DNA of 64,000 bases, taken from NCBI GenBank assembly GCA_965248925.1, contig CBDFLE010000006.1, forward strand, positions 1,664,001 through 1,728,000, in the 5' to 3' direction. Below the pieces are notes generated by a model. That model ran no database searches, was not told the origin of the DNA, and worked only from the letters and a program-made list of their open reading frames with translations. Source of the DNA: Candidatus Multivoradales bacterium. Its GTDB lineage: Bacteria; Acidobacteriota; Thermoanaerobaculia; Multivoradales; J023. The stretch's first letter is position 1, and every line of letters starts with the position of its first letter. Below, piece by piece: positions 34,265-43,826 of the stretch. The translations under genes were made by a program, and so were the position numbers.

Positions 34265-35084
34265 CCCTCCGTGCCAATGTAAGTGAGACACTCAAGTAAC
34301 GAGAAATTAGTGAGGGCGTGGAGAGCAAACACCATGGCGAGTCCAAGCCACGAGCTGCGAGATATGAGCGCTGACCGACCAGATCCCGAGGTAACTGAGA
34401 AGGCGAAGCGGCGGCGGTACAGCGCTTCGTACAAGCTGGGCATCGTCCAGGCCGCCGACGCCTGTAGCAAGCCCGGCGAGATTGGCGCCCTGCTTCGCCG
34501 GGAGGGTCTGTATTCCTCACTCCTATCGAAGTGGCGTCAGCAACGCGATGCCAGTGCTCTGGCCGGTTTGTCGAAGAAGCGCGGTCGCAAGCATCGACCG
34601 AAATCTGCTGAGGCCCGCCGCGTCGCGGAGCTGGAGCGTGAGAATGCTCGGCTCAAGCATCAGCTGTACAAAGCCGAGACGATGTATCGAGTCCTGGAGT
34701 CTGAGGGCGAGCTGCGCGAGCGACGCCGTCAGCGGCGCCATCCCAACTACACCAAGCCCGAGCTGTTGGCCACCGGGCCGAACGAGGTGTGGTCGTGGGA
34801 TATCAGCAAGCTCAAAGGCCCGGTGAAGTGGACCTATTACTATCTTCACCTGATCCTGGATGTCTTCAGCCGCTACATCGTCGGCTGGATGCTCGCCGAC
34901 AGTGTTGAGAGGCAAGGTGTTGAGCGAGATCGACTTACCTTGCACTCGGACCGCGGTTCGAGCATGACATCCAAGCCAGTGGCCCTACTACTGGCCGATC
35001 TCGGGATGACACGGTCGCTGAACCGGCCCTACACGAGCAACGACAATCCGTTCTCTGAGGCCCAGTTCAAGACGCTCAAGTACC
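34265..35084 (+). mobile_element. Degenerate IS3-family copy (two internal deletions, 3' truncated)
   Basis: Nearly identical to 45671-46867 but lacks the orfA end/orfB start and CRESGGLAKRLIA; similarity stops after AAGTACC. Confidence 0.88.
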
Positions 35085-35128
35085 CACGAGCCTAAGCCAT
35101 CGGCGTTACCACCTCGAACTATCGACTG

Positions 35129-37528
35129 ATGTTGAACGATCTCTTGGTCGCCGCACGGCGGCTCCGCCACCGTCCGCGGTTTTGCTTTGCAGTCGTTTCC
35201 ATGCTCGCCCTGGTGATCGCCCTCGGTACGCTGGTGGTCGCCTGGGCCAGAGGCATGATTCTCGCGCCGCTGAACTTCGACGATCCCGGACGGCTCGTGC
35301 GCGTCTTTGGCACCGAACGCAACACGGATCGATCACGGTTGCGGTTGTCCCAAGCAACTATCATGGCCATTCGCGATGACGCTGGCGCTTTTGTGGTGTC
35401 GGGCTCCGCCCGCAACATGGGTCTGGCAATTACCGAGCTGGATCGTCCGACCAATCCGCTGATGCGAGAGGTTTCCAGGGGTTGGTTCGAAACCCTGGGC
35501 GTGCGAACCCTTCTCGGTCGCACGTTCGACGATGCTGATCACTTCCAGTGTAAGCGGGTGGTGGTTCTCAAACACAGCTTCTGGCGTAGCTACTACGGCG
35601 GCGATCCTCAGGTAATCGGTAAGAGCATCGAGCTCGCCGAAGACCCCTATGTGATCATCGGCGTTCTCGGGCCGGAATTCCGGAACCCCATCTTCCCGCT
35701 CTTGCCTGCGCTTTGGCTTCCCCTTTCTGAAGCTGGTCCCCATCCAGAAGCCCCTGAGAACTTCGTCTTCATCGGAAGGATGGGCAGGGACACCAATCTG
35801 GCCACCGCCAGCCACGCGCTCAGCCGGCTGGCTACCAATCTCGAGAACCGGTATCCCCAAAGTCATGCCGGACGGAGCCTCGAGGCGATCCCCTTGGAGG
35901 AGTCTGTGGTTGAGGCCTTCCGCCCGGCACTGGCACCCTTGCTGGGAGCTTCCCTGTTGATCCTCTTGATCGCCTTCAGCAACGTGGGTAACCTGTGGAT
36001 GACCCGCGCCACGGATCTCCGCCAGGAAGCTGCGGTCCGCTTTGCGCTGGGTGCCCAGCGCTTCCGCCTCTTGCGGATGGCCCTGGCCGAATCCCTGCTG
36101 CTTTGCACCCTGTCGGCAGCCATCGGCCTCGGGGTTGCAGCCGTTGCGCTCGAGCCTTTGAAACGCCTGGCTCCTCTCAGCCAGACCGTGCCCTTGCTCG
36201 ACCAGGTTCGACTGGATGCACTCTCGATCGGTACCGGCCTTGCCATCGCGGCCACCGGTGCGATTCTCCTTGCCCTGCTAGCCCTAGGCGCCCTTTCTGA
36301 CCGGCAGGAAGGCCTTGGCGGCCGGTCTCATCGCCAGTTGCAAAGCACGCGAGGCTTCGCCCAAGGCTGTCTCGTGGTTTCCGAGATTGCGCTCTCCATG
36401 ATCCTGATCTTCGCCGCCGGCCTGACCATACAGGCACTCGCGGATCTGCGCCGATTGGACCTCGGTTTCGAACCGATCTCGGCAATTGGCGGGCGTACCG
36501 GCGCACGCGGACCGAAATTCGAGGACGCCGAAGGGATTGCCAGGTTTCACCAGCGGATTCTCGAAACACTCGTCGGCCTGCCCGGGGTGAGCGCGGCGGG
36601 ATCGTGCGAGATCCTTCCGATGTTTGCCAAGGGCTTCGGTACCGCCACTCGCCTCGGCACAGGACGGTCGGACGGGCCCCGCGAGACCTGGCCCGCAGCG
36701 TCAACCCTACGGGCCACGCCAGGATTCTTCGCGGCATTCGGAACCGGGCTCGTACGAGGTCGCGGTTTCCAACGGACCGACGTCGCCGGCGGGCAGCAGG
36801 TCGCGATCCTCACCCGGTCCCTGGCGCGAGTCCTTTGGGGGGATTCGGATCCCCTCGGGCAAAGCGTGATCGCAGACCAAGGTGGTCAACGCAAGTCGCT
36901 AACAGTGGTGGGTATCGTCGACGATCAGCGGGGCCTGCCGGAAGACCCGATCCCGCAGCCTTTGCTCTTCGTGCCGCACGCCCAGGATCCGACCACCTAC
37001 ATGTCGTTCGTTTTACGGGTCGATGGCCCATTCCCCAGCATCGCTGCGATCGAAGACGTGATCTGGACCGTCAGCGCTGAAGCCCCCGTATACAGCGTTG
37101 CGACGCTATCGCAGCTGCTTCGAGATCTGGAATGGCGACCGCGGATGCTGACCCAGATGCTGGCGGTAGTCGGACTTCTCGCGCTGATCCTGGCCATGAC
37201 CGGGGTTGCTTCTGTGCTGGCGTACCAAGTCGCCGAATCGAGAGCCGAAATCGCTGTTCGAATGGCGATCGGCGCCAATCGCGCCCAGGTTCTACTCGCT
37301 GTCTTGACACGAATCACACACCTAGTGACCCTAGGGCTTATCCTGGGAATCTTCGCTGCGGTCGCGGGGGGGCGTTTTCTCGCCAGCTGCCTTCACGGCG
37401 TCCCATCCTTCGACTGGCGGATCTTTCTGGCCTCCGGGGCTCTGCTGACCGTGACCGCGATGATATCCGGTTTAATCCCCGCCCGCCGAGCGACCTTGAT
37501 CGATCCCGCAAGAGCGCTCAGGCGCTAG
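35129..37528 (+). CDS. MacB/FtsX-type ABC permease (ADOP-like duplicated permease)
   Basis: Two MacB-PCD + FtsX halves: EAAVRFALGA, EIAVRMAIGA, IPARRATLIDPARALR; no ATPase gene adjacent. Confidence 0.88.
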   Translation: MLNDLLVAARRLRHRPRFCFAVVSMLALVIALGTLVVAWARGMILAPLNFDDPGRLVRVFGTERNTDRSRLRLSQATIMAIRDDAGAFVVSGSARNMGLAITELDRPTNPLMREVSRGWFETLGVRTLLGRTFDDADHFQCKRVVVLKHSFWRSYYGGDPQVIGKSIELAEDPYVIIGVLGPEFRNPIFPLLPALWLPLSEAGPHPEAPENFVFIGRMGRDTNLATASHALSRLATNLENRYPQSHAGRSLEAIPLEESVVEAFRPALAPLLGASLLILLIAFSNVGNLWMTRATDLRQEAAVRFALGAQRFRLLRMALAESLLLCTLSAAIGLGVAAVALEPLKRLAPLSQTVPLLDQVRLDALSIGTGLAIAATGAILLALLALGALSDRQEGLGGRSHRQLQSTRGFAQGCLVVSEIALSMILIFAAGLTIQALADLRRLDLGFEPISAIGGRTGARGPKFEDAEGIARFHQRILETLVGLPGVSAAGSCEILPMFAKGFGTATRLGTGRSDGPRETWPAASTLRATPGFFAAFGTGLVRGRGFQRTDVAGGQQVAILTRSLARVLWGDSDPLGQSVIADQGGQRKSLTVVGIVDDQRGLPEDPIPQPLLFVPHAQDPTTYMSFVLRVDGPFPSIAAIEDVIWTVSAEAPVYSVATLSQLLRDLEWRPRMLTQMLAVVGLLALILAMTGVASVLAYQVAESRAEIAVRMAIGANRAQVLLAVLTRITHLVTLGLILGIFAAVAGGRFLASCLHGVPSFDWRIFLASGALLTVTAMISGLIPARRATLIDPARALRR

Positions 37529-37543
37529 CTATAGCTAGCTCAT

Positions 37544-37975
37544 TCACTCGTCCCAGCCGAAAGTCTGAAACCAATCCCCACCCTCGAGAAAGCTGATCGA
37601 GCGAGCAACGTAAGGCACCGTCGGTCGTGGCAGGTCATCGAACGGCGCCCATCGAAGATCGTCGCACTTGTGGGGCTCACAATTCGAAATCACCCCGCTC
37701 CAGCGATCGATAGAGGCGAAGAAGTCAATGCGCTCCTCGCCGTATAGTCGATGCATGACTCCGACCATTTGCAGATCCTTCTCTTGGATCTCAACACCGA
37801 CCTCCTCTCGCGATTCGCGGACAGCTGCCGCCAAGACCGTCTCCCCGCCATCGATATGGCCGGCGACCACGGAATACTTCCCGTCCTCGAAGCCGGTGTT
37901 GTACCGGCGGAGCATCAGTACCTCTCGATCTCGGACAAAGAAGATGTGAATCGCCACTGGCACCTGGAATCGCAT
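37544..37975 (-). CDS. NUDIX hydrolase
   Basis: Nudix box GHIDGGETVLAAAVRESREEVGV; NCEPHKC. Confidence 0.92.
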   Translation of the reverse strand: MRFQVPVAIHIFFVRDREVLMLRRYNTGFEDGKYSVVAGHIDGGETVLAAAVRESREEVGVEIQEKDLQMVGVMHRLYGEERIDFFASIDRWSGVISNCEPHKCDDLRWAPFDDLPRPTVPYVARSISFLEGGDWFQTFGWDE

Positions 37976-38069
37976 GTTCGCTACCCGTCGCTACTTGAGA
38001 AAATGGTTCGCATTGTGAATTCCCTTACGAAGGCATCGTTTTGCAACTCGCCGGCGCGCTGACGCCGCT

Positions 38070-40385
38070 TCAACCCGCTGCTGCCTCAGTCGGACCATTG
38101 ATCAGCTCCCACACACTAGAGCGCTCATTCCACCGGTCGAGTGCCCGGGCGAGTTGCCGATCCTTGCTGTCGCGGAGCTTGCCTGTCGCCAATCGATGGC
38201 TCAAGACTTGGTTCTCCTCGCACACCCAATCTTCGAAGAACGAAAGGCAGGCGAACAACGTACTGATTCGGCGGGAACTGGAGCGGTTCGGCCCCCGGCT
38301 CCGCAGGCGCTCGAGCTCCAAACTGAGCCCTCTTTCGACGGATCCCGTAGGCTGCGCCTCGACCGAGGTAGATACATCTAAAACGAAGATGATGGCCTTG
38401 ATCAGCTCCAAGCTGATCTTCCGATAGGCAACCATCCAGGAGAGGAGATCGCGCCGCTCAGCATCGCTAGCAACCTTGTAGAGGCTCTTAGTTGTGTAGG
38501 CAAGTCCAAAATTCCGATCGATCCAACGTTGGGAGAATTCGCTGATATCCCCGATTCGTTCATCGAGGTACCTGACCCGTTGTCGGCCCATGTTGACGTC
38601 CGGAACCCCGTCATCCAGGAACAAGCGCAGTCCGTACTTTCGTTCCGCACCTTCCACCATCCTCGCGTAGGGACTGTCAATCAGCACCTCCAGGCTCGCC
38701 AGCATGTATGAGACGCTCGAATGAATCGGCTTGTCCGCTTTGTTCTCTTCGACAAAGTCCCGGTCCCGGCAAAGCTTGTCGAAGAGATCGGCATAGCCGA
38801 TCTCTTCGACATCCAAAGGTTTCATGAAAGCATCTGTGCGCTCGAGAAAACGAATGTTCTCTCTCAGGTCCTCGAAGCTCGCCATCAGCGGGTCGAAGGT
38901 GATGAATCCAAAGCGGAGCGGAATCCCCAGCGCGCTGAGAATGCGAATGGCGCGCACGCTGTCCTCCGGCTTGATCCCCTTCCCCAATCGGCGCAGCTGC
39001 GACTCACTGCCCGATTCCAGACCCATGAAGAGTCGATCGAGCCCGGCCTGCCTGCTCAGATGCCACATTTCCACACGGCCGAGGTGCCATTGAGTGTCCA
39101 TCCGGGGGGAGAAGACTTGATCGACTCTTGCCGCAGCGTCGAACTTCATCCCCATCTCCGCCGCCAGAAGCCCACGGGCCATTCCTGTGATGCGGGCGGT
39201 TTCGCGACCGCCGTCGATTCCGCCGACAAACTCCTCGTCAGCCAAGAAGACATGCTTGCGAACACCGAAGTGTTCTGCTGCACGCTTCAGGAGCGCGAAT
39301 TGCGAGACGATCTGATCGGGGGCGAATGTCTTCCAGTCCGCGGCCTTGTGGTGACGCGGGCAGAAAGTGCACTTGTTCCACTGGCAACCTCGGCTCAGCT
39401 CGAGGGTCAGGGCGCCCCGTTGGTCGGCGATCGCGGGCAGAGTATCCAGGGCCGGGAGCGGAATCGTCGACACGTCGACGGGCCGCTGGGGATTTCGCCG
39501 CGTCTCCCTGCTCGAGCCAGAGCGATAGGCCAGTCCTGGAATCTCGGAGCGTTGACAACGGCCTTGCAGCGAATCGACGAGCAGGGCGATCGAATGCTCA
39601 CCTTCACCGGTGGCGACCACGAGATTGTCGTAGCGATCGAGGAACAGATCGGGCCAGGAAGCCGGAATGATATTGCCCAACACAAAGGTGGTACCCCGGA
39701 GAGAGTCATCGACGTGCCTATAGAGATCCTGGAGAATTGTCTCGGCGATGCTTTTCTGCCCGTACGAAATCGATATCCCGATCAAGTCGGGTCGGAGCTG
39801 AACCGCTGTGTCGGTAATTTCATCTACAGTCGTGCCCACCTGCATGTCGCAGATGCGCACGTCAGCTTTCTGCAAGAGACGCAAGTGGCTGGCCAGCAAG
39901 CCGATGCTGAGGCAGAGCCTCGGAATCGGAAAATTCTCCAGGACACACGGATTGACCAGGAGCACCTTTGGCAGCTGCAGCCGGTCGACCAAGGCTTGAC
40001 TCCGCGGTATCAATGCCACGCCCACGAGATCTGGAACCGGCGACGGGCTGATCCCCAGCTCGCTCAGTAGCGGATTCGATTCGATCGTCGTCCCGGGACA
40101 AATTAGCAGGATGCCGTCGGACCCGAGCAGGTAGAAGCTCAGGTTGGACGTTTCGCCCGAGACAACCAGGTTAACCCGCTCGGGGCCGCCGGTCTCTTCC
40201 AGAACGGACGCGAGGCGCCGGACCATTTCATGAGGAGGCTGCCAGAATTCCTGCACGATCTCTTCGACCATCAAACGCAGACGCGGGCCGGCCAGCGCCT
40301 CGACGCGGCCATCTCGTCTCTTGATTTCGAACATCGATGCACCTCCAGGGGACTCGATAGGCTTGGGTGTTTCACGGGTTGCCAT
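38070..40385 (-). CDS. oxsB: Cobalamin-dependent radical SAM enzyme, OxsB/AlsB-like (oxetane nucleoside ring contraction)
   Basis: CX4CX2C in RGALTLELSRGCQWNKCTFCPR. Segments VSGET, ENFPIPRL, DMQVGTT, ADEEF, FLERTDA.MKP.D, SYMLAS.E, NMGR, WID.NFG..YT.KSL.KVA and W.LIN match my recollection of B. megaterium OxsB end to end; not verified by search. Confidence 0.85.
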   Translation of the reverse strand: MATRETPKPIESPGGASMFEIKRRDGRVEALAGPRLRLMVEEIVQEFWQPPHEMVRRLASVLEETGGPERVNLVVSGETSNLSFYLLGSDGILLICPGTTIESNPLLSELGISPSPVPDLVGVALIPRSQALVDRLQLPKVLLVNPCVLENFPIPRLCLSIGLLASHLRLLQKADVRICDMQVGTTVDEITDTAVQLRPDLIGISISYGQKSIAETILQDLYRHVDDSLRGTTFVLGNIIPASWPDLFLDRYDNLVVATGEGEHSIALLVDSLQGRCQRSEIPGLAYRSGSSRETRRNPQRPVDVSTIPLPALDTLPAIADQRGALTLELSRGCQWNKCTFCPRHHKAADWKTFAPDQIVSQFALLKRAAEHFGVRKHVFLADEEFVGGIDGGRETARITGMARGLLAAEMGMKFDAAARVDQVFSPRMDTQWHLGRVEMWHLSRQAGLDRLFMGLESGSESQLRRLGKGIKPEDSVRAIRILSALGIPLRFGFITFDPLMASFEDLRENIRFLERTDAFMKPLDVEEIGYADLFDKLCRDRDFVEENKADKPIHSSVSYMLASLEVLIDSPYARMVEGAERKYGLRLFLDDGVPDVNMGRQRVRYLDERIGDISEFSQRWIDRNFGLAYTTKSLYKVASDAERRDLLSWMVAYRKISLELIKAIIFVLDVSTSVEAQPTGSVERGLSLELERLRSRGPNRSSSRRISTLFACLSFFEDWVCEENQVLSHRLATGKLRDSKDRQLARALDRWNERSSVWELINGPTEAAAG

Positions 40386-40417
40386 GGGAAGGGCTCGGGG
40401 ACTGGAGGCCTAGTAAG

Positions 40418-41578
40418 TCAGTGGAACCAGCCATTAGCGGCTTCGGTATCGAGGGAGTTGCGGCCGCAATCCTGATAGAACGGAACAAAATCGTATTTCT
40501 GATACACCGCTTGGAGATGCTTTCCCATGGCCCGCAGGTCTTCGAGCGATGCCCGCGGGTGATCCGCCAGCCGGACACCCGGATCCGGATGAAAGACGTT
40601 GATCACCGGCGCGACACCCCGCTCGGCCACGTAGTCGAGGCCCTCGGCCAAGGAGTCGACCGGCTCGAGCCCGCCGACGAAAATCGTGTAGATATTGCCC
40701 GCGCCGAGAATCTCGGCCGCCCGCACTTGGGCTTCGATGGCTTTCTCGCGTCCATAGAGATCGTGCTTGCCCGGTGCGATGACCGGGAACAGCGACGGCG
40801 AGAAAACCTCGAGGTTCATCGCCACCTTGACCGGTAACCCCTTCAATTCCGCGAGCAGCTCCAGGTTGTCGGGGGGCATGGTGATCAAGTGCACCTCCAC
40901 CTCGTCTTGGCGGTCCAACTCGTTCACCACCTCTGCCACGCGCCGAACCGTTTCGAGATGGCGGCGGAAACCCATATCGTTGTTTCGGCGATTGCCACCA
41001 TTGAGCATGACCTGACGGATCAGGTCCGGGTCTTGCTCCAGCGCGATCCTCGTCATCTCCGCCGAGTCGTCCGCCTTGATATCCAGGAGATGATCCCCAT
41101 AGATCGACCGGGTCGGCTCGAGGGAACAAAAACCGCATTGTTTCCCTACTGAGAAGTAGTAACAAGTCCCGAGAGCGAAGATGCCCAACGAGCCGCCGCC
41201 GTAGAGCGTTCCAACTTCCCGACAAGGTGTACCGTCTGCGAATGAGGCTTCGTAGAATCTCGGTCGCTTCGGAAAGGTGATAGGAGTGATCGGCTCGCCG
41301 TGCTCCAGCAAGAAATACTCGAGACCGTCCGCCGCCAGCTGATAGGGCGAATTCTCGACAACGTGAATCGGAGCGATTACCTGCGGCAACAAGATCTCCT
41401 GCGGAATCCGCGCCTGAAAGTGCAAAGCGTCGCTGGCACCGTAGGCCCAGCGCTTTTCAATGAACTCGGGCCGGTAGGATTCGAGGAATCCCGGAGCGAA
41501 GCTAATACCGTTTGACAAGATACGTAGCTTGATATCGGTCAGCTCCGCTGGGGAAAGCTCGGTCGATAGGGTCGTCAT
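40418..41578 (-). CDS. Radical SAM protein (CX8CX2C), possible AlsA counterpart
   Basis: GTCYYFSVGKQCGFCSL, NLEVF, APGK, GGLEP; RBS AGGAG before ATG 41578; alternative coupled start at 41695. Confidence 0.8.
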   Translation of the reverse strand: MTTLSTELSPAELTDIKLRILSNGISFAPGFLESYRPEFIEKRWAYGASDALHFQARIPQEILLPQVIAPIHVVENSPYQLAADGLEYFLLEHGEPITPITFPKRPRFYEASFADGTPCREVGTLYGGGSLGIFALGTCYYFSVGKQCGFCSLEPTRSIYGDHLLDIKADDSAEMTRIALEQDPDLIRQVMLNGGNRRNNDMGFRRHLETVRRVAEVVNELDRQDEVEVHLITMPPDNLELLAELKGLPVKVAMNLEVFSPSLFPVIAPGKHDLYGREKAIEAQVRAAEILGAGNIYTIFVGGLEPVDSLAEGLDYVAERGVAPVINVFHPDPGVRLADHPRASLEDLRAMGKHLQAVYQKYDFVPFYQDCGRNSLDTEAANGWFH

Positions 41579-41691
41579 TCCATCTCCTACTTCAACTGGT
41601 TCGTTGCGTTCGTCCGAGGAGCCGTGTTGGTCGAATCGGCCACATCTGGCGGTCAGTAACAGCACCCCGCTGGTTTCGGTAAACAGCGTCG

Positions 41692-42780
41692 TCATCGGCC
41701 ATCCGCAAGCGCTCCGATGGCTGCCGCCGTGGTTGCGCCCGCGTTCACATCTACCCCTGGAGGCAGGTCCAGGCCGAGTATTGAAAGTTCGTCTGCTTTG
41801 AGCGGAGGAAGGTCGTGATACTCCAGTCGCCCCGCATAGGGGCAGCCGAAGTATCGCGCTGTAGTCATGATCTCGTGAAAACTGTGCGCTTTGATCGACA
41901 TCAAATAACCCAAGACCGCGACCCGAACTCTCAACAGCGAGCTCATCCGGAGGATTCGAGCAAACTGCAGGTACTGCATAGTGACGCCCGACAAGCCGGT
42001 GGCCAGCGGCATCGCCGCTGCATTGGAAGCGCGGACGAAAGCGTCCGCTGGATTGGGGCGCCACTGCCGCCGCGGATCCATCCACGGTACGAGGTCGTTA
42101 CCCAACGGATTCATCAACTTGCGTTCACGGCTATCGAATCGGCCGCCTTCCGCGACAAAGTCGGAGCGGGACTGCAGCGACCAGATCATCTCTTCCGCGT
42201 CCGTGGGGCACGCCTGCCGGGAGTTCTCCTGCTGTCGACGGAGGGGGTGCCAGAGCATCTTCCCGAAGTCTTCGTAAGGATCCAGACTCGCGAGTCGAAT
42301 GCTCTGGTGTCGTGAAATCTCGCTCTTTCGTCGCAGCGCCTGATCGAGCATCGAGCGCAACAGCTGGATGTCGTAACCAGCGTCCGCTGCGAGCTTCAAT
42401 CCATCGGCGAGGCGGTCGGGGCCGGCAAGGTCTTCGAAAAGAAGCCTGCAAACGAAGAGCCAGAGGTGTGCCATCGATTCGCGAAGGTTCCCTCGGCCCG
42501 CGAAGACGCAACGCAGCTCCGCTTCGCCGTCCCCGACTCGACCGGCGAAATGGCTTTCGAGCGGAGAAGCACAGCGTCGCATCAGCGCGTAGCGGGATTC
42601 TGCGGCGCGACGCCTGCCGAGAGCCCGGGCCCGGATCTCGATATACCGATTCGCCGCCTGCAGCATGTCTCCCGCCGATCTCGAAGCGATCGGGTGATCG
42701 GCCAGCGCATGCCCCAGACCACGTTCGAACCGTTCCCGAGCCGCCAACGTAGTCTCGGGCCATTGCCCTTTGCCCGTCAT
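41692..42780 (-). CDS. Hypothetical protein with an SG...HxxxE motif (LnaB-like S-HxxxE nucleotidyltransferase candidate)
   Basis: PLATGLSGVT, then AHSFHEI with the His 35 residues after the Ser; ATGA-coupled to the upstream HIT-like gene. Confidence 0.5.
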   Translation of the reverse strand: MTGKGQWPETTLAARERFERGLGHALADHPIASRSAGDMLQAANRYIEIRARALGRRRAAESRYALMRRCASPLESHFAGRVGDGEAELRCVFAGRGNLRESMAHLWLFVCRLLFEDLAGPDRLADGLKLAADAGYDIQLLRSMLDQALRRKSEISRHQSIRLASLDPYEDFGKMLWHPLRRQQENSRQACPTDAEEMIWSLQSRSDFVAEGGRFDSRERKLMNPLGNDLVPWMDPRRQWRPNPADAFVRASNAAAMPLATGLSGVTMQYLQFARILRMSSLLRVRVAVLGYLMSIKAHSFHEIMTTARYFGCPYAGRLEYHDLPPLKADELSILGLDLPPGVDVNAGATTAAAIGALADGR

Positions 42781-43826
42781 GCGACTGTGACTTTCGACAG
42801 CTCGTTCTTAGAAGGGAACAGACGAGACAACGAGCGGCCATGCGGATCGTCGATTGCCGCCCGCACCGCCTCGTCAGCCACCGCGTCGAGCCACGGTGCA
42901 ACCTCGGGAACATAGGAAAGCAACCTGCCCGCGACGCCGGGCGCCGCCATCCAAAGCGTGCCCCTCTCGCCCAATTCGACGGTTGTCGTCCCGCGATGTC
43001 TGGGTACGAAAACAGCGCTCGTGAGAAGGCCTGCAGGAGGGAAAATCAACATGTTCCACAAACCGGGATTGCCGGCTCGACTGTCATGAAACGCGACCAG
43101 CTTTGCCAAACTTCGAGCGACCGCTGAGTCCCGACCTTCCAAGAAAAGGCCCGACAGAGGACCCAAGCGATAGCTCGCGACCTCGATCCCTTCTCCAGAA
43201 AAGACACATCTCAGCTCGGATCGACGCGCGCGAAGCGCCGCTTGCAAGGGCAGCTCGGCACGCATAATCTGCCAATGCCAATGATCCTGGCTATTGCTGA
43301 CAGTACCGTTGAAGAAAGCTACCAATGGCCGATCCGACTGAGCGGCTCGGGTCAAAGCAATCATGTCGGCAATCTCGGACTCGGACAGCCATGCCTGTTC
43401 ACGGTGTTCGGGGGTCACCACGGTGAATTGGACACCGTCTTGACCTTCGTAGGGTTTCGGATGGGGCGGGATCTCGTATCGCCGCCAGGCCAGTCTCCGC
43501 TCCTGAGCCAACGGCGGGTTGCACATTACACAAGTCCGCAGGCCCCGGCTCGGCAGCCGAGGAACATCGAGATTCGGTACGTTCTCTCCGAGGTGCTCGT
43601 TCCAGTGAGTGTAGTTCCATGATTCGAGCAACCCCGAGGTACCGAGGTGGGTCAGGAGCTTGGCGGAAGGCAAGTCCGCGGCGAAGAAGGGAAGCGAGCG
43701 ATGGTAGTCGGCTAGGATGCCCAGCGCCGCCGCCAGCTCCTTGTCAGACACGCGTACAATCGGTTGCTGGTCGAGAGATCCGAATGACTTCGTCTCTCCC
43801 CCAACCTCTACCTCCCAGCTATTCAT
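42777..43826 (-). CDS. HIT/GalT-superfamily nucleotidyl phosphorylase/transferase (DUF4922, GDP-sugar or Ap4A phosphorylase-like)
   Basis: CVMC, HPKPY, FTVVTPEHREQ, FFNG, SQDHWHWQ (HxHxQ). Confidence 0.7.
   Translation of the reverse strand: MNSWEVEVGGETKSFGSLDQQPIVRVSDKELAAALGILADYHRSLPFFAADLPSAKLLTHLGTSGLLESWNYTHWNEHLGENVPNLDVPRLPSRGLRTCVMCNPPLAQERRLAWRRYEIPPHPKPYEGQDGVQFTVVTPEHREQAWLSESEIADMIALTRAAQSDRPLVAFFNGTVSNSQDHWHWQIMRAELPLQAALRARRSELRCVFSGEGIEVASYRLGPLSGLFLEGRDSAVARSLAKLVAFHDSRAGNPGLWNMLIFPPAGLLTSAVFVPRHRGTTTVELGERGTLWMAAPGVAGRLLSYVPEVAPWLDAVADEAVRAAIDDPHGRSLSRLFPSKNELSKVTVA

Noticed and set aside
37524-37539. Perfect 16-bp palindrome GCTAGCTATAGCTAGC between convergent genes
   Set aside because: Single low-complexity occurrence overlapping a stop codon; no function can be supported.
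38721-40070. 449-aa plus-strand ORF and many other long overlapping ORFs
   Set aside because: Antisense shadows of real genes, expected in GC-rich DNA; no motifs.
41696-42085. Long N-terminal extension of the 555-aa radical SAM ORF in the track
   Set aside because: It overlaps the 41692-42780 gene in another frame; the real start is 41695 or 41578.
37544-43826. RiPP cluster interpretation of the two radical SAM genes
   Set aside because: No precursor peptide, RRE/PqqD, SPASM motif or peptidase was seen; the accessory enzymes point to nucleotide chemistry.
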